DNA of 64,000 nucleotides. It comes from Raillietiella orientalis. Its lineage: Eukaryota. A model generated the notes under the pieces. That model made no database searches. It saw only the letters and a list, made by a program, of their open reading frames with translations, and was not told the DNA's origin. The stretch spans positions 1,922,001 through 1,986,000 of the forward strand of contig JAYWIR010000008.1 in the NCBI GenBank assembly GCA_036172245.1, given 5' to 3'. Positions 25,577 to 39,200 of this stretch are shown one piece after another; the stretch's first letter is position 1; each line of letters opens with the position of its first letter. The position numbers were made by a program, and so were the translations under genes.

Positions 25577-27771
25577 AGATTGTTAAAATTGAATATTTTA
25601 TTGAGTGGTGTCGAGCATGACTAAGAGCTGGTAACTTTATTTGGATTTGTTAATTTTCAGATTGTTGGATTAAATTATAGGCTTTTATTTTTAAAACGAA
25701 CAACAAAGGACTGAAATGTTACTCAAATTAACTCGAATCCCCGCAATGGTCACGTTATTTTTCATATTTGGCTCTTATTTTCTACATAGTTAAGAAAACA
25801 CTTCTGTGTCTGTGTAGGGTGTAAAACAGGGTTTGGTCTTCCTGATGAGCAGCTGAGATTCACTCTCATTGTGAATACTCTTTGCATCAAAGCAGATCCG
25901 AGTACTGTCGAAAACAAATTCGAGCCTTAGCCTATTATGAAACAAGTTTCCAAATCAATATCAGGAAAGGAAAGAAATCCTCAAGATGTACATGAAAGCA
26001 GAGATCTCTTGAATTCTAAATTGAACTTGCTTATTGAGGAACTGCATGTTGCTACTGCTAAGGATTTGCTGGAAGCCAATTTTTTGGAATCTGTCAACTA
26101 ATGAATCTCATTCCATTCACAATTGCACTCCTATGGCATCTCCACATGAAATTGTTGGAAACTGTAGCGGTATTGCTGATTAGTAATGATGACATTGAAA
26201 CGGAGTGGTGCTTTTCATTGATAAATGATCATAAGTCTTTGAGTTTATGTAATAAGAAGCCTTGATGCATTCATAGCAAACATGGTGTTTGGGTTTGCTA
26301 AGGTGTACTGACTTTTGATATATTCCGTGGATGAGCAGATGGGAATCCACCTCGTCGACTCTGAAACCGAGCAAACGTTTGTTTTTTGTTCATGATTACA
26401 TTCACAAGTTGCATCGTGAGGAATCTTGGGGATTCCTCCAAATTTCCCCGTTTTTCTGAATGCTGTTACGAGTGTACGCATAATCGTTAGCGTTCTTTGC
26501 TCCAAGTGCAGGACCCACTTGTTTTTCAAATGGGCCCCACGATCGTTGTTTTTGCAACGCAATCGGCGTATTGGATTGTCGAAAATGGGATGAGGGAGCA
26601 AAGTGAGATCTTGGCAGGGCAGATGGATGCCCGTTAGGCGTAATTGCACCCGATGTGTTAAAAGTATCGGCGTGTAAAATGGATTTCGACTGTACGGTAC
26701 TATCTTTCAGTGCTCCTGCTTTCAGCAAATAGGTCAGTTCTAGACTCTCCGCGCGCATGTCCACGTCAGTATTGGAAAGTCGTAGGGCAGTAAATGCGCG
26801 CCGAGTTCCATCGATTTTGAAATGAGCTGAGGATGGCCATTCCCCTTTTATGTTTCTTTGAGGGATTTTAGATTGCTGTTTCGTGAATTGTCCTTTGAGA
26901 ATGGCTCAAATGCATGCTGCTGTTTCGCACGTTGGTTTTTGCATTTGGAACAGGTGGCTTCACTTTTGGAGGTAAGCATCAAGGTCCTGGGTGTCCTTTC
27001 TCCGGGAAACGTGGTTCCAGCATCCGATCCTTCGGACCGTACCTCGCATGGAAGTCATTCATTTCGTGCGTAACTCGCCGAAATCTTCTGTCGCCTTCAC
27101 TCCGTATTCAGTTTGGCAAGAATCTTACGAAGTGCTGTATACAGAGTACGCTAGCAATGCTGAATTCAGTGGGGATGAATTCCTTACTTATGGAACGTTG
27201 TTAGCTTCCAGCAAAAGGGAATCGTACTCCAAGCACTGCTATGCTGTTTCCAGGCCTTCGATCTTAGATGTGCCTTCCTTTTAGAGATTCCTGAATGCTG
27301 ATTTCTTCCATCCAACATAGCAAAAGAACTCCTGCGGAGGTGTGTAGCGATTTCGCCAGTTGCCACCTAACGAAAACCGAAGGGATGAATGTAGGTTAAG
27401 GTGTGTTTCGGTCGCAGGATGCTGAAAGTACTTAGTGGATCAGTTACTTAGTCTCTAAACCCTTGGTTTTCCAAACAAATTCACAGAGATTATTGTGAAA
27501 CAAAATTGCAAATACGGAAGGATGGGTGCAGTTACTTGTGGCATTAAAATTCGTTTCAGCTGTCTGTGGAGTTGATGGTGAGAGTGAGAAATCACGGTAT
27601 GTGGATCACTTGATTTTAGCGAACCATTAGGCTGTATTCATTTTCGAGATGGTCGTAACCTTTTTTTTTTTAAAGGCCAGTAGCGACCTTATGATCGTTA
27701 CTATTGACCTAGGATGATGGAAATCCTTCTTTTCTGTCTTCGCAGTTCTTCGACACGGTTCCATGCCACCC

Positions 27772-28491
27772 GAGGGTGGGTAATTCTTCAAGATATAGGG
27801 TTCCTGGGAGAAGCCCGCCCTATGAATCCAGGAAGGGCTCGGAGTCCGTGCCTCTCATGTCGGGGAAGGAATTCCTCTGGAAAGGGGGCTGGATCAGACC
27901 TCCACCCTGGTTGTCTCCGAAGGGGAACCCTGAAGGGAATCTCCTTATTCTCTTCGAAGAGACCCTTGGAAGGGTCCGCTGCATTCTTTCTTCTCTGAAG
28001 GGAACCCGGAAAGGATCCGATCCTGGGATTTCTTCTCCGGAGGGATCCCCCGCAAGGGATCCGCTCCTGTTTTTGCTCCTCTGAAGAGAACCCAGAAGGG
28101 GACGCTTCCGAAATTCACAAGGACGCAGCTTCCCCGAAGCGATCGGCTCGCTTCTCTACACTCTCTGGAGAGGTGGTAGCGACACACCTACTCCATCAGG
28201 GTCCCCCCGGAATGGGGGGTCCGCTCCTTCACAACTGGAGGAGAGCTCCCACTCCTTGACTCCTGGAAAGACCCGGAGGTCGACTCCCATTTGTCCCGGC
28301 CCTCATCGGGGGTATCCGGTTTCAACCGCTACCAGTGCCGCACCCGGATGAATGTAGGCCAACCAGCGTTATCTTGTGGAGTGAACTCGAAACCCACGAC
28401 GCACTGCGTCGATTCCTTCGGAGTATTCGAACCCACGGCTCATGGTGCCACGCATAGAGACCACCGTAACCACACGGCCTCCGACGCGGGC
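27772..28491 (-). mobile_element. tRNA-derived SINE-like element, copy 1
   Basis: Minus-strand head gcccgcgtcggaggccgtgtggtta...gtgggttcgaatactcc (A/B-box like) and core gtgcgtcgtgggtttcgagttcac. Colinear over ~700 bp with 57937-58590 in the opposite orientation. Confidence 0.7.
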
Positions 28492-29399
28492 GTGGTAACC
28501 TTTCGTTTGCTAGAGCAACCAGAAGTGTGTTGTGCCGTTTGGTTGCGAGACAAACTCGACAGCGAGATTCGCCTCGGTAAATACAGCTGTCGCGATCAAG
28601 TTCAGCTCAAGTTCACTCCCTTTGCTTAATTTCGTATTCTTCGCATAAGTGATAAGGCAGGAAGGGATGAAGGATGAAGCATGAAGCTTTCTTTACCCTT
28701 TCGAATTTTTTCGCCATTATCGGCAATTTGAAAGCATGCTATCGTAGCCTTAACAAGATGAAAATGGAATAATTGTACCATACAAGTACTGGCATTCTAC
28801 TGAAAGGAAGTTTAAAAAAAAAATAGGAAATGTTATGAACAGCGTGACCCAATGGCTGTAATGGAAATTGTCACTCAAGGAGAAAAACGGAAGCTGCTCA
28901 TACCATACTCATACAGTGACAGCTGTTCAATGAAGCAGGGTAGCCACCATCGTCTTTTCTGAGAACGCAGGAAGAATATCGCAGAGAAAGTGCGTTTCCT
29001 GGTTACGGAAAACACCAGCAAATACGAGTGGAAGTGTGGGTAACAGCAAGATAGGCATTGCTGTCATTCGAACGGGGTGAGTGTTCGCGTGGTTTCATCA
29101 TAAGTGCTGTACCAAAAAGGCTTCCTTGCTCTGAACGTCGGGACGGGGACATTGCTATTTTGGGGAGTTCGTTCCCTCTAAGGTGAGGAAGATGACTGAG
29201 GATATGCATGATGGGAATCATGGCAGAGACTCCATCGTTTTAGAGGAAAGGAAAAAATCGTTGGGTGAGTGTGGAGGAAGGTGCAGGGGGATGCAGATAG
29301 AGAGGACGCTGGGTTTGCGTTGGGTTTCCAGCTCTAGAATGGCCTTCTGCTTCTGAAAGAGTATGGGAAGAGGAGAAAACGGAAGAAAGGTAACCGAAA

Positions 29400-29700
29400 T
29401 TCGATGAGGTCATCTTTGGGGAGGGATGGAGTGGCAGGTGCGAAAATGAAATCCATGGAGTACGGAAAGGTGCCCAGCAGCGAGGTGATCTTCGAAGAAA
29501 GCTCTTTCCTCGTTGACCTCAGAGGTTACAGGAAAGATCTTTACAAAAGACTTTCTCATCCTGAGGTGAATCACTTTATTGGTTGCAGAGGGCGTACGTA
29601 GATGAGGCCGCACGACTCTTGCAGACTCAACAGGCGCGATCGAATCCTCCATCGGATGCGTTCTTGCGGTGTTTCGAGTACCCCAACTGGGTGTTTTGGT
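29400..29700 (+). mobile_element. Decayed L1-clade ORF2 linker fragment
   Basis: GAKMKSMEYGKVPSS and LRGYRKDLY resemble the RAK..EEGE.PS and FY..LY motifs between APE and RT. Confidence 0.25.
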
Positions 29701-30273
29701 TCTCTTTTCTCTCTTCGATGGCGAAAGAGCTCTTGAGATTCAGGCGGTGGCGCGCACCTGGTGTGTCTTCTTGCGACAGGCCAGGCGGAAAAGGAGGCGG
29801 ATGCCCTTTGGGGACGAGAGAGCGGAAGGCGATTTCTCCTCCCATATGGGCTTTGGTTCTCAGGTTTGCCTGCAGAAGGCAGGAGACGCTTCTCTACACT
29901 CTCTATACCCCATGGCCCCTCATTTCTTAAGGAGGAATGGGTGGAGATCCATTCCGTGTCCATTCTGAAGCTACACACTCGCAGCTTGGAGCTGCTCCGT
30001 TCCTTCCTCCTTCTTCCGAGAATCTCAAACGGAGGAGGAAGAGTGCCTCCTGTTTTTTTCTTAGGAAGATCCAGTACTCCTGCTGTGATTTCCAGGAGAA
30101 TGATTTCTGAGGTGATTTCGCCTTTATCCCAGTGATGCCCTCTAGGATCCCGGCCCTCTGCCCTTCGAGCTCTGAGTTTCCCTCTCCTGAGCGATCCCGC
30201 ATAGCCCGCTACCGGTTCCCGGAAAGCTCTTTTACCCCCTCACGTCCTCTTTCTTCCGATCGATCAGGAGATC

Positions 30274-33200
30274 TCATACTCTGCTCGTAGTGACCGAAGA
30301 GGCAAGTGGTTTGGCTGCCGTCATGGTCACCGTCATGTTTCCCACGACTACCTCATCGTCATCGCTGTCGTCACTCATCGTCAGCGTATGAAGGACGTCG
30401 CTATCGTTCTCCACTATCACACCACTGTCATTGTCATCACCATCATCATTATTGGAAGAGGAAAGCATCAGTGGCTCCGCCACGCTGGAGCTGCTACTTT
30501 GGGATGCTCTTCTCGCACCGGGCCAGACTCTCCCTCAGGGGACACTGAGTTCACCTCTCTTACATCCCCGCTTGTTCCTGTTTGGTTGACTTGTTCCCCG
30601 CGACCAAGAAGAAGATGGTTCCTGGAAGTCCTCTGTTCGCCTTCCTCCTCTTCCCTTCCCACCTGAGAAGGCATAGGCGAGGGAGATCAATCCTCCTTCC
30701 CAGGATGCATGGGGCAGGAGAGCGATGTCTAAGGACAGCGTGGTGATGCCCAGCCAGGTGCGCGCTCTTTTCCCGAGGAAGGTGTGATCCGCCTGCGTGT
30801 TCTCCGGCAACACGCAGAGGATCTGCCCCATTATGGGGACGAGGAGAGCGAAGAAGGACAGCAAGGCGATGCGGAAGCTTCTTAGTGCCTGAGAGGGGTC
30901 CCAGTGCAGGGAAAAGGAGAAAAACAACAGAGAGAGGACGATGGCGCCCAGGATCACTACCGCCTTTCTTGGAACGGAGCAGGTGGCGCTGCCGGAGTCG
31001 TCGGAGGGAGTAGAGGTGGCGGCAGCCTCCGGCCTCCTTGAGAACAAGCCGCCTGCCTCGTCCTCGTTGTCGTCGTCGCCGTTGTCGCCGCTGCTGCTGC
31101 TGCTTGTGCAGCCCTCAGGAACGATCAGCACCTTCTCGTCCTCCTGGATGTTTTGCGCGGCGAGGAATCGGATGGATCGATTCGCGCGGTGCTCGTAGGG
31201 AGGAAGCTGGAGAGAAGGGTCGAGTCTCATCCCACTCTCTTTCTCACCTGGCGGATCGAGGGAGTGGCCTGCTGGTGCGCGTCCTTGACGCCGTAGGAAT
31301 GGAGGATGACGCAGCAGACTACTAGCGCGCTCTGCACCAGCGCCAAGGAAGAGAGGAAATTCAGGACGGTGCCCATTGGGACGAGCAGCACCGTCACGCA
31401 TAGCATCATCACCCACAGAATCCGCGCAGTAGTGGATTCCTCCCCTTGCCCCTCTCCCCCCTGCTCCTGCATACACGACGCCATCAGCTTCGGGGAGAGC
31501 AACCCGTGGCTGCGGACGCTCCTCAGCAGGTTGAAGTAGGAGTAGGACACCTCGAAGAAGTTAAGCAGCAGGGCCGACATGGAGAGACAGCCCAGGAACA
31601 GCGTCACCACACGCGCCACGGGGAAGCTTCTCCTGAAGTAGCCGATGGGGAAGTTTCCAGGAAACGGGTCTCTGGAATACGGGAGCAGGTGCGCTCTCCA
31701 CCGATCCAAACCAGCAGGCGGGAAGTAGAACGCCCACCCCTTCCTGGAACCGCCCTCGCTCGTTAGACGGCATATGGGGAGGGCAAGAAGAGGGGAGAAG
31801 AAAGAGGAGAAGGGTCAAGAGGGAAGACGGAAGAGACGAAGGGGGAGGGAGAGAAACCCTAACCCTCCGACACCCATCCTGCAGCATCTCCATAGCCGCC
31901 CGCGAGGGGCAGTGTGGAGGATCCCGTGAAAAGAGGTGTCTGCAACGGCTGAGGCTCCATCATCCTCGCCTCCATCTGTCCTCTGCGCGATGCAGAAAGT
32001 GGCACTGCTGTGCAGCGCGCGTGCAAGCGACCGGAGGAGGAAGATCCGCGCTGTCTGGGCCCCCTGCTCCCTTCCGGGCGCGAGTGACGGACCTGCCGCG
32101 GAAAAAGCATGCTGTGAGCACGCCGGAGGGTCGCGACAACATCCATAGAGGGAGTCCTTACCCACCCACCCACCCGCCCCATCTTGTGAGCCTTCTCATC
32201 CCCGACCCTGCGCACCAAACCAACCCGATGCTTTGATCCTGCGCTCGAGAGGGTCGACCTCACCCCCTATTTCCTGGAGCTGCCTGATCGTTCTCCGAGA
32301 AGCTCGAGAGAGAACTTCTTCCCGGAAACGCGGCGATTGTGTGATGACCTCGCTGCCCCTTCCTCCTTCCGAAAGGATTCTTCTCTCGGAAGGCCTGATA
32401 AGTTCCGACGTTCAGCGGCCTCCGGGTGCGGAATTTTGTCTCTCGCTCCACCTGCTCTCCCCCCACCACTCCCTACACGAACCTGTGGGGGACGCAGCCA
32501 CACACCCGGTTCAACTTCAGGAACTCCTCCTCACCCTATTCCGCACCTGCTTTCCTCTCAGGACTCGCTCGGCGTGCAACAGAGCTCTTCCTGGGCTCAG
32601 AGGATTCCCGCGCTCCTGGCGCGGACGCTGATCCACGGAGGAGGGTGGAGAAATAGAGGGTGCAAAGCTGCCAGGTCCTCCCTGCGCTGTCCCACTGCTG
32701 GAGAGCCCTTCTCCTCGTTACTAGGAGACGGCGGCCAGAGTCTCTCCCCTCTCCCCTCCTATGCCCTCCCTTCCGTCTCTTTCCTCGAAAGTCGCAGGCA
32801 CTCGTAGAGTCGAAGTAGCAGCCACCGCCCACGGTATCGCAACGGCGACGGAGGCGCTCTGCCAGCAGCTCGATGGTCACGCGCTTTCTGGCTGCTCCTG
32901 CGACTTGAGAGAGCTGGAAAGCACTCCACGACGGATGCAGATCAGAGCGGGAGCACAAATTCTATTCCATGCCAGGGTCCAGGACGAAGCAGGATGGATG
33001 CTGGTGACGCCTCCCTCCGTTATCTGCCCATCTTTTTTGGGGACGCTGCTGCTTTTTTTTGTCCACAGACCCCTCCTCTCTCCGTCACTCCTTCAGACTC
33101 TCTCCTTGAGTCTGGAGCTGCGTCTTCTCAGAGAACTGGAGAACACTACCTCCTAGTGAAACTTAAATAAAAGGGAAGTGAGACACTATCTCCTGCTTCC

Positions 33201-36200
33201 TTTGTTCGTTTATCGGTACCGAAATGGGCGCCATGGATCTCCCGAGGGGATCTTCTACTCATCTCGTCACTGTGTTCCCCACCTTAAGAGGACCCCTCCA
33301 TTCCTAACGCAATCGCTTCTACTTGAAAGTTATCCAATGGTTCTGCCGGAAGGAGGTGCTGGAGAGCTCCAGCATCTATCGGAAAGCTCACCTGGATCCC
33401 CGGTCAAGTGAGAAGTGGGAGTTGAGTAGGGGAACAGGGTGTGCGGTCTCCGCCAACCGCGCAGCTTGCACAGAGCACTTCTTCCCTTCCTTCACTACAC
33501 CCATCCCAAGAGAGTCCCCATTCCAAGATTCACTGCACGAGCCCTGCCCCCTACCGCCTAAGCTTGGTCACCAAAGGATTGCAAAGAAATGAGAAAGGGA
33601 ATAGTCCATCTTGCCCTCCTACGAAAGGGCAGTTCCTCCTCCGCCCCCATCCGGGAAAAGAGGGTCGGATGAAATCATCCAGAGATTCTTGGGCTGAGTT
33701 TGCCGTGGACAAAAGTTTGACTTTGCCCTCTCATCAAGACCAGTTAAGGTCACCCTTGACCTGAGGTGCTGGCTACAACAAGGAGAATTTTTCTTTCTTC
33801 TTTCCCTTTGAATTCTGTAGCATGGGAGCAGCGGTAGCAACGCTGCCAAGGTTTCAAGACAGGAGCGCCAAGGCCGACCAGCTCAGGTTGTGGAAGTCGG
33901 AGAACTTGCCTACAGGACCATAGGGGTCAACTCTCCTCCCGGTTGCTAACCGTCGGCAGGAAGGAACGGTTCGGAGGGAATGCCGGACCTGATTCGGGAG
34001 ACGGCAGTCGACGAGGGGGCACCAGGCTGGCACAGACAATTTAGCGTGGCCTCTGAGCAGGTCCTGCGCTCCGTTTTCCGTCGACGCTATCTGCTCCCGG
34101 GGAGCCGCGCAGACACATAAGGAATACCTTCCCTTCGGACAACCGTGAGCCGTATCCTTCAGGTATCTTTATCTGCTCTTCAGGTATTCTTCAGTTTTTC
34201 TTCAGGTACTCTTTAGGTGTTCTTTGAGTATCCTTTAGGTATTCTAAATATCTAAAGGAAAGATATTCGTTCTTTCTACATGAAATGTACTTTCTTATAT
34301 CTCTTGTGACATTCCTCTTTGTACCTTATGTGATCCGCACCTCTATTTGTGTATCCCTTTGTATGAAACGTGCGAGACCAAGAGGTGCTTCAGATGGGGA
34401 GCCTCCTTACTAGAGATCTAAAGGAAGCGGCAACGCGACGTGACGTCATCGCTATGCTTTCTCGGACAGCACGATGGCATACCCGGACTCTGGAGCGAAG
34501 ATCAGCGGCTGCTGGCCATCAGCGGTGCTCTTGGCCAGCTTCTGCCGGCGAGAAAAACCCAACGCGCCATCGTCAGAAGAGGTGCCACTGGTAGACGACG
34601 AGGAGAGAAAGACATCTTTACCTCCTCCCAGGGATCCCACTGTACTCTCCCGGAGTGAAGGAAGGGAGAAACGGGACCCGTGTTCAAGGACGCTTTTGAG
34701 TGAGCAGAGGAAAAAGAAGGAGGAGGGGAGGAAAAGAGAAAAGTCCCTCTCGGTTCCGGAGCAAAATAGACCTCAGAAGAGCAAAGCCTCCAGGAAGGAA
34801 GGAAGCTCTTTTCCCGGTCATGGGGATCCCTAAGGAAGTCTGAGAGAGCCGCTGAACCTCGAAAGCGCTTGGCACGCGAATCCACGGAAGGAAGGGATTA
34901 AGGGTCAGGGCACCGACCTTTTCTCCGTGAGGAAGGAGTCGATGGTGCATAGCAGCAGCTGGATGAAGAAGGTCCCCAGCACGACAGTCGTCCAGGCCTT
35001 CGTGTGGTTCCTTTCGGTCACGGCAGGGAGCTTGCATCTTGCACCGGAAACGAAAGTTCCGGCGTACGAGACGAAGAGCAGCGACGCGCCCCGGCATACC
35101 TGCAGGAGACAGAGCGCATGCTCATGGTTCGAAGCGCCCTCGGGAAGCGCTTGGAACGGTACGTGATGCCAGTCGAGGCGCTGGAAGGCCGGCTGGGTCC
35201 ACCTCGTCGTACGGATGGCCACGAACGCTGCGATCACGAAGAAGTAGACGATACCGGCAAGGATGGCGTGGAGCAGCACCCTCAGGAACGTGGACTCCTT
35301 CGGGGAGGGGAAAGGAAAACAAAGAGATCAAGAGACCCGATCGCAGGATGGGAGGGAAGACGGGGAAAGGGGAGGAGGAGGACGCGATTCGGATGCGGGG
35401 AACAAGAAGGCGAACTTGGGAGAGCATGCCGTTTCCAAGTCTCACACCGAGGTCTACCCAGCTCTTCCATGCGCTCCTTTTCGCCCCTGAGAGAAGCACA
35501 TCCGGACGCCCGTCAGCTGCAGTTCCTTCCCCGCGACGCATCCTGCGGGATGTATTCCCGAACGGCTGAGAAAGCCCCGACCTCATATCGCAGCTCCGGC
35601 TCAGCGGTTCCTTCGTCCTCCACCTTCTTCCGGGAATGAGGCCGGAAACTAGCAGCTCTCACTCCGCCGCAGCAGCCGGCGACGCAAATGCAGCTCGGAC
35701 GACTGCGAGCAGCAGCCGTCTCACCTAAACGCATCTGCCGCGTGCGGAGTCGCCCGCGCGCGCAGCCTCGCGCCCGCTCCTGCGTGTGAGAAAGACGGCG
35801 CGCCTCCGCCCCTGCGGACTTCTGCCGAGCCGATGCACCAGCCGTGCGCTTTTCCTCAGGGATATCTTCGTGCGCACGGAGCTATTCCGGCCTCTCTCCC
35901 TGCTTATTCGCCCTCCGGCTTCCCCTACCTGGCAACCGAACCGCGAACTCCGCGACAGCTTAAGGAGAGGCAGGAGTGCTGCCCTCCCCGTCCCTAGAAA
36001 GGAACTGGAAGTTCCGGCGACAGGCGCGGAGCAATTCCGGCTGTTCGGAGAGACGGGACTTCTCTCGTGTCTGCGCGAGTCCCCGGGAGCAGGTGGCGCC
36101 GGCGGAAAGCGGCGCTCAGGACCTGCGCGGAGGCCGCCCGAAACTGTCTGCGCCAGTCCGGTGCCCCCTCGTCAGCTGCCATCTCCAGTCAGGGCCCTGC

Positions 36201-39200
36201 ACGCCCTTCGAGTCGTTCCTCCTCCAGACAGTTGGCAAGGCGAAGAATGTGTCTGCCTTCTCCAGTCCGAAGGAGAGGCCGATCTCTGCGAGGTTCACCA
36301 CCCTGTTCGAGTGGCTCTGTTCGACGAAGCATGACCTTATGGGCAGCCGAGGGCCGACCTAGGAATCCAGGAGCAGGCTAGCGGACACCCCTGAAAACCT
36401 TCGGAAGCTCCTCGGGGAAGTCATGAAGGAAGAGCGCCTTTGGAATGCGCGGAATGCCTCTCTGAGGGGATGAAGCAGGGATGGATTCTGTTTGGATGAG
36501 GTGAATCGGTGAGTGTTCCTCCTTGCGATCAAAACATCGTCCGGCATCCATAATTTTCTTTGAAATCTCCCTTTTTTTTTCTTTGTTTTACCTCGTGAAG
36601 GCAGTCCGTTCAAAGGCGGGACCAGGACTATCCTCACAGAGGAGCGGAATTACAAGGGAAGCTCTGTGACGCGCCGGACACCGCGAAAAGGCAGCATGGA
36701 GGATGTCGCTCACGTGCGCGCGTCGGCGCGTCAACGGCGGTCGTGAGCGCATTCCCGTGGCGTCGCGGGTTCGTCGCACTTACGCGGGTCCAGAGGAATA
36801 CAATGACTTGACAGACCAGGATCAGAGCCACGCCCATGAGGTCTACAGGAGCCTGCGTCGAGTACTTCAGGTGTTCCGAAATGGCCATGCTAATCCGGTT
36901 GGATGCGAAGTAGTCGAGGAAGCCGCTGATGACCTGGATAGCCAGGCAACAGAGGGCCACTTGAATCAAAAGCTCCAGCCAGGCACACATGAAGGCAGCC
37001 AGCCTCCCTACTCTCAGGAGCGACATGTGAGAATCCGTCTTCAGCTGGGAATCCGGGAGGCGGAGCAGGTGGAGGAACGAACCTAGAATTCAAAAGGATG
37101 AATAAATAAGAGACTTGTTTCGAGAACGTTCTCGTGGCGACAGAGACATTTTTTCATCTCAGACGCGAAGCTACATCTGCATTCACATTAGCGTCTTGGA
37201 ACTTCCTAGAAGGAACCCATTTTGCCGGTGATGTAGGTTCGAGGGGTAGATGTAGGGGTTGAGATCTCAACAGTTCGTCGATAACAAAATGGCACGTTTC
37301 GAGTGGATCAGAAAGGACTCGCGGCACCGTTCTCGAGCGAATAAGTCAAATCCACAGACTGTGGATTCCATCAACAGCAACTGGTCAGGAAAAAAAAAGG
37401 TTCCGCTGGCCCCAGATGCCGGAAGCACAGGAACACAGGAACTGATGCACAGCATCGGTGAACTCTGTGCATCAGTTGACTCAAGCAGTTTGTTGGAGGA
37501 AGTTGGCAGAACAGAGGATGGATTCTGATTCACCTATAATATACGGAGGACACCAAGCTACTGCTGCAAGAAAACGAACGAGCAGCTAGGGCCTCCTTCC
37601 AGCTTGGGAATACTCGAAGGCGCTCTCTTTGCTGACACCATTCCAGTTCCACCAAGCCGATCTGAATCCTTGAAGTTTCAAACGAATCCTTGAAATCAGG
37701 CCGCTGGGTGAATTTTCGACCTGATCTCACTTGGATTCATCATCCACTATGCTGTTAAGGGCGATCGCTGTAGTTGCTACTGTACAGAAATCCTCCCTCT
37801 AGTATCGTACGTATACCACGAACACGGACCCGTAAAGAATGAAATTCAAAGGTAGCTGACACTACGATGGTCACCGAGAAAAAAAAATTTTTGAGGATCT
37901 TTGCGGAAAAAAAAAAAAAAATTTTTCCCAGTATACGGTTGCGTGTTGTTACACGATTGGCACCCCTGGAGCTTGGAGAACAGAAGCCAATGATGGTCTG
38001 TCATCTGTCGATAAAGCCATTCGGAATTCACAGCACTGAGTGGATTGGCCGCCGTCCAATCGAGAAGACAGTCTACATCTCTCCGACGCTTCGACTGAGG
38101 AATATGGCAAAAGGAAAACTCTTGCGTCTTTCCAAGTTTTTGATTTGTGATTGAAAGAAGCAAATGAACTTTGCCCCAGGCACCAAACTGCTCACCCGTA
38201 TCTTCATCAGGACTCTCATCTGTGTTTCACGGATGTTCTGAATTCACAACACGGGAAGCAGCTCCAGCTTATCTGATGCACTCTGAAGCGATGCCGGAAG
38301 ACAGAAGGAAGAGGGAGGAGGAGGAAGCAAACTCTTTCCTGCAGCTTACATCAGAAGGAAAAAGGAGAAGAACGGAGTTGACGTCACATTCAACATTTCT
38401 CTTCTTGTTAAAAGCACTACGACGAGGACCTGCACTTGCAGGACGACTTGTTCCACGCAAGCTGTGAAATCGAACGATTCAGAAACTGATTACAAGTCGT
38501 GGACAGGACACTCATAGCTCAAGATTTGCATAATAGGATAACTGGTCATCAAAGCATCATGCGGTCTGTCCCTCCCGTTCCTGTAAGAGCCATTTTACAA
38601 GCAGAGTAACAACCAGCTGGGCTCGTCCATTATCTCAAGCTGACGCCCGAACTTCCTGCGACCTCTTCCACAGGGAAAAGCTGCACTTCACAAGCTTCAC
38701 ATGAATTGTAAGGACTGCAGCTTCTCAAGAGGAGTTCCGGTGCTTTCCGTGTTTGTAAAGAGTGAGGTCTTGCCGATGAGTAGAATTCTTGTTCTCTGGT
38801 AGTTTCAGAAAGAACCAGGGAACGCAAATTGTAGACACAGGGATGCACGAGTTCCTGGGCGTTTGAAAGTTCTTGTCCACAGTGACCCATTTTAATGATT
38901 CACACCCTGTTCTAGGTTGATTTGCTGTCTGGGCAAACTGAGTAATTTGAAGGAAGACGTTTGAGCGTCAAATCCTGATGATGGAGGGAAAGGATGCAAT
39001 TCCTCCATCTTCTTGCCGATGCGGGTTCAACCAATGACCTTTCCTCATTTTCAACCAGCTGCTCCTCGTCCTTTCCCACAGAAAGCCAAAAAGGATAGGA
39101 ATCCTGATTGGGTATGGCAAAATGTGGGCAAGAACGCAAGGAGCCGGGAGGTTCGCTCTTCTACAAGTAGGGTAGAGGGAGCAACAAAGGAAAAAAAGGG

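Noticed and set aside
25818..26770. Protein-like frames downstream of ARL3 on both strands
   Set aside because: Interrupted by stops, with no recognisable domain or consistent exon chain.
27900..28110. Regularly spaced repeats as a CRISPR-like array
   Set aside because: The units are degenerate, lack unique spacers of constant length and are internal to a SINE-like element in a eukaryotic genome.
36116..36360. AG-bounded open frame (VGPRLPIRSCF...) as an extra transporter exon
   Set aside because: CAT homology is continuous (WTR|EST) without it and it has no good donor; more likely retroelement debris.
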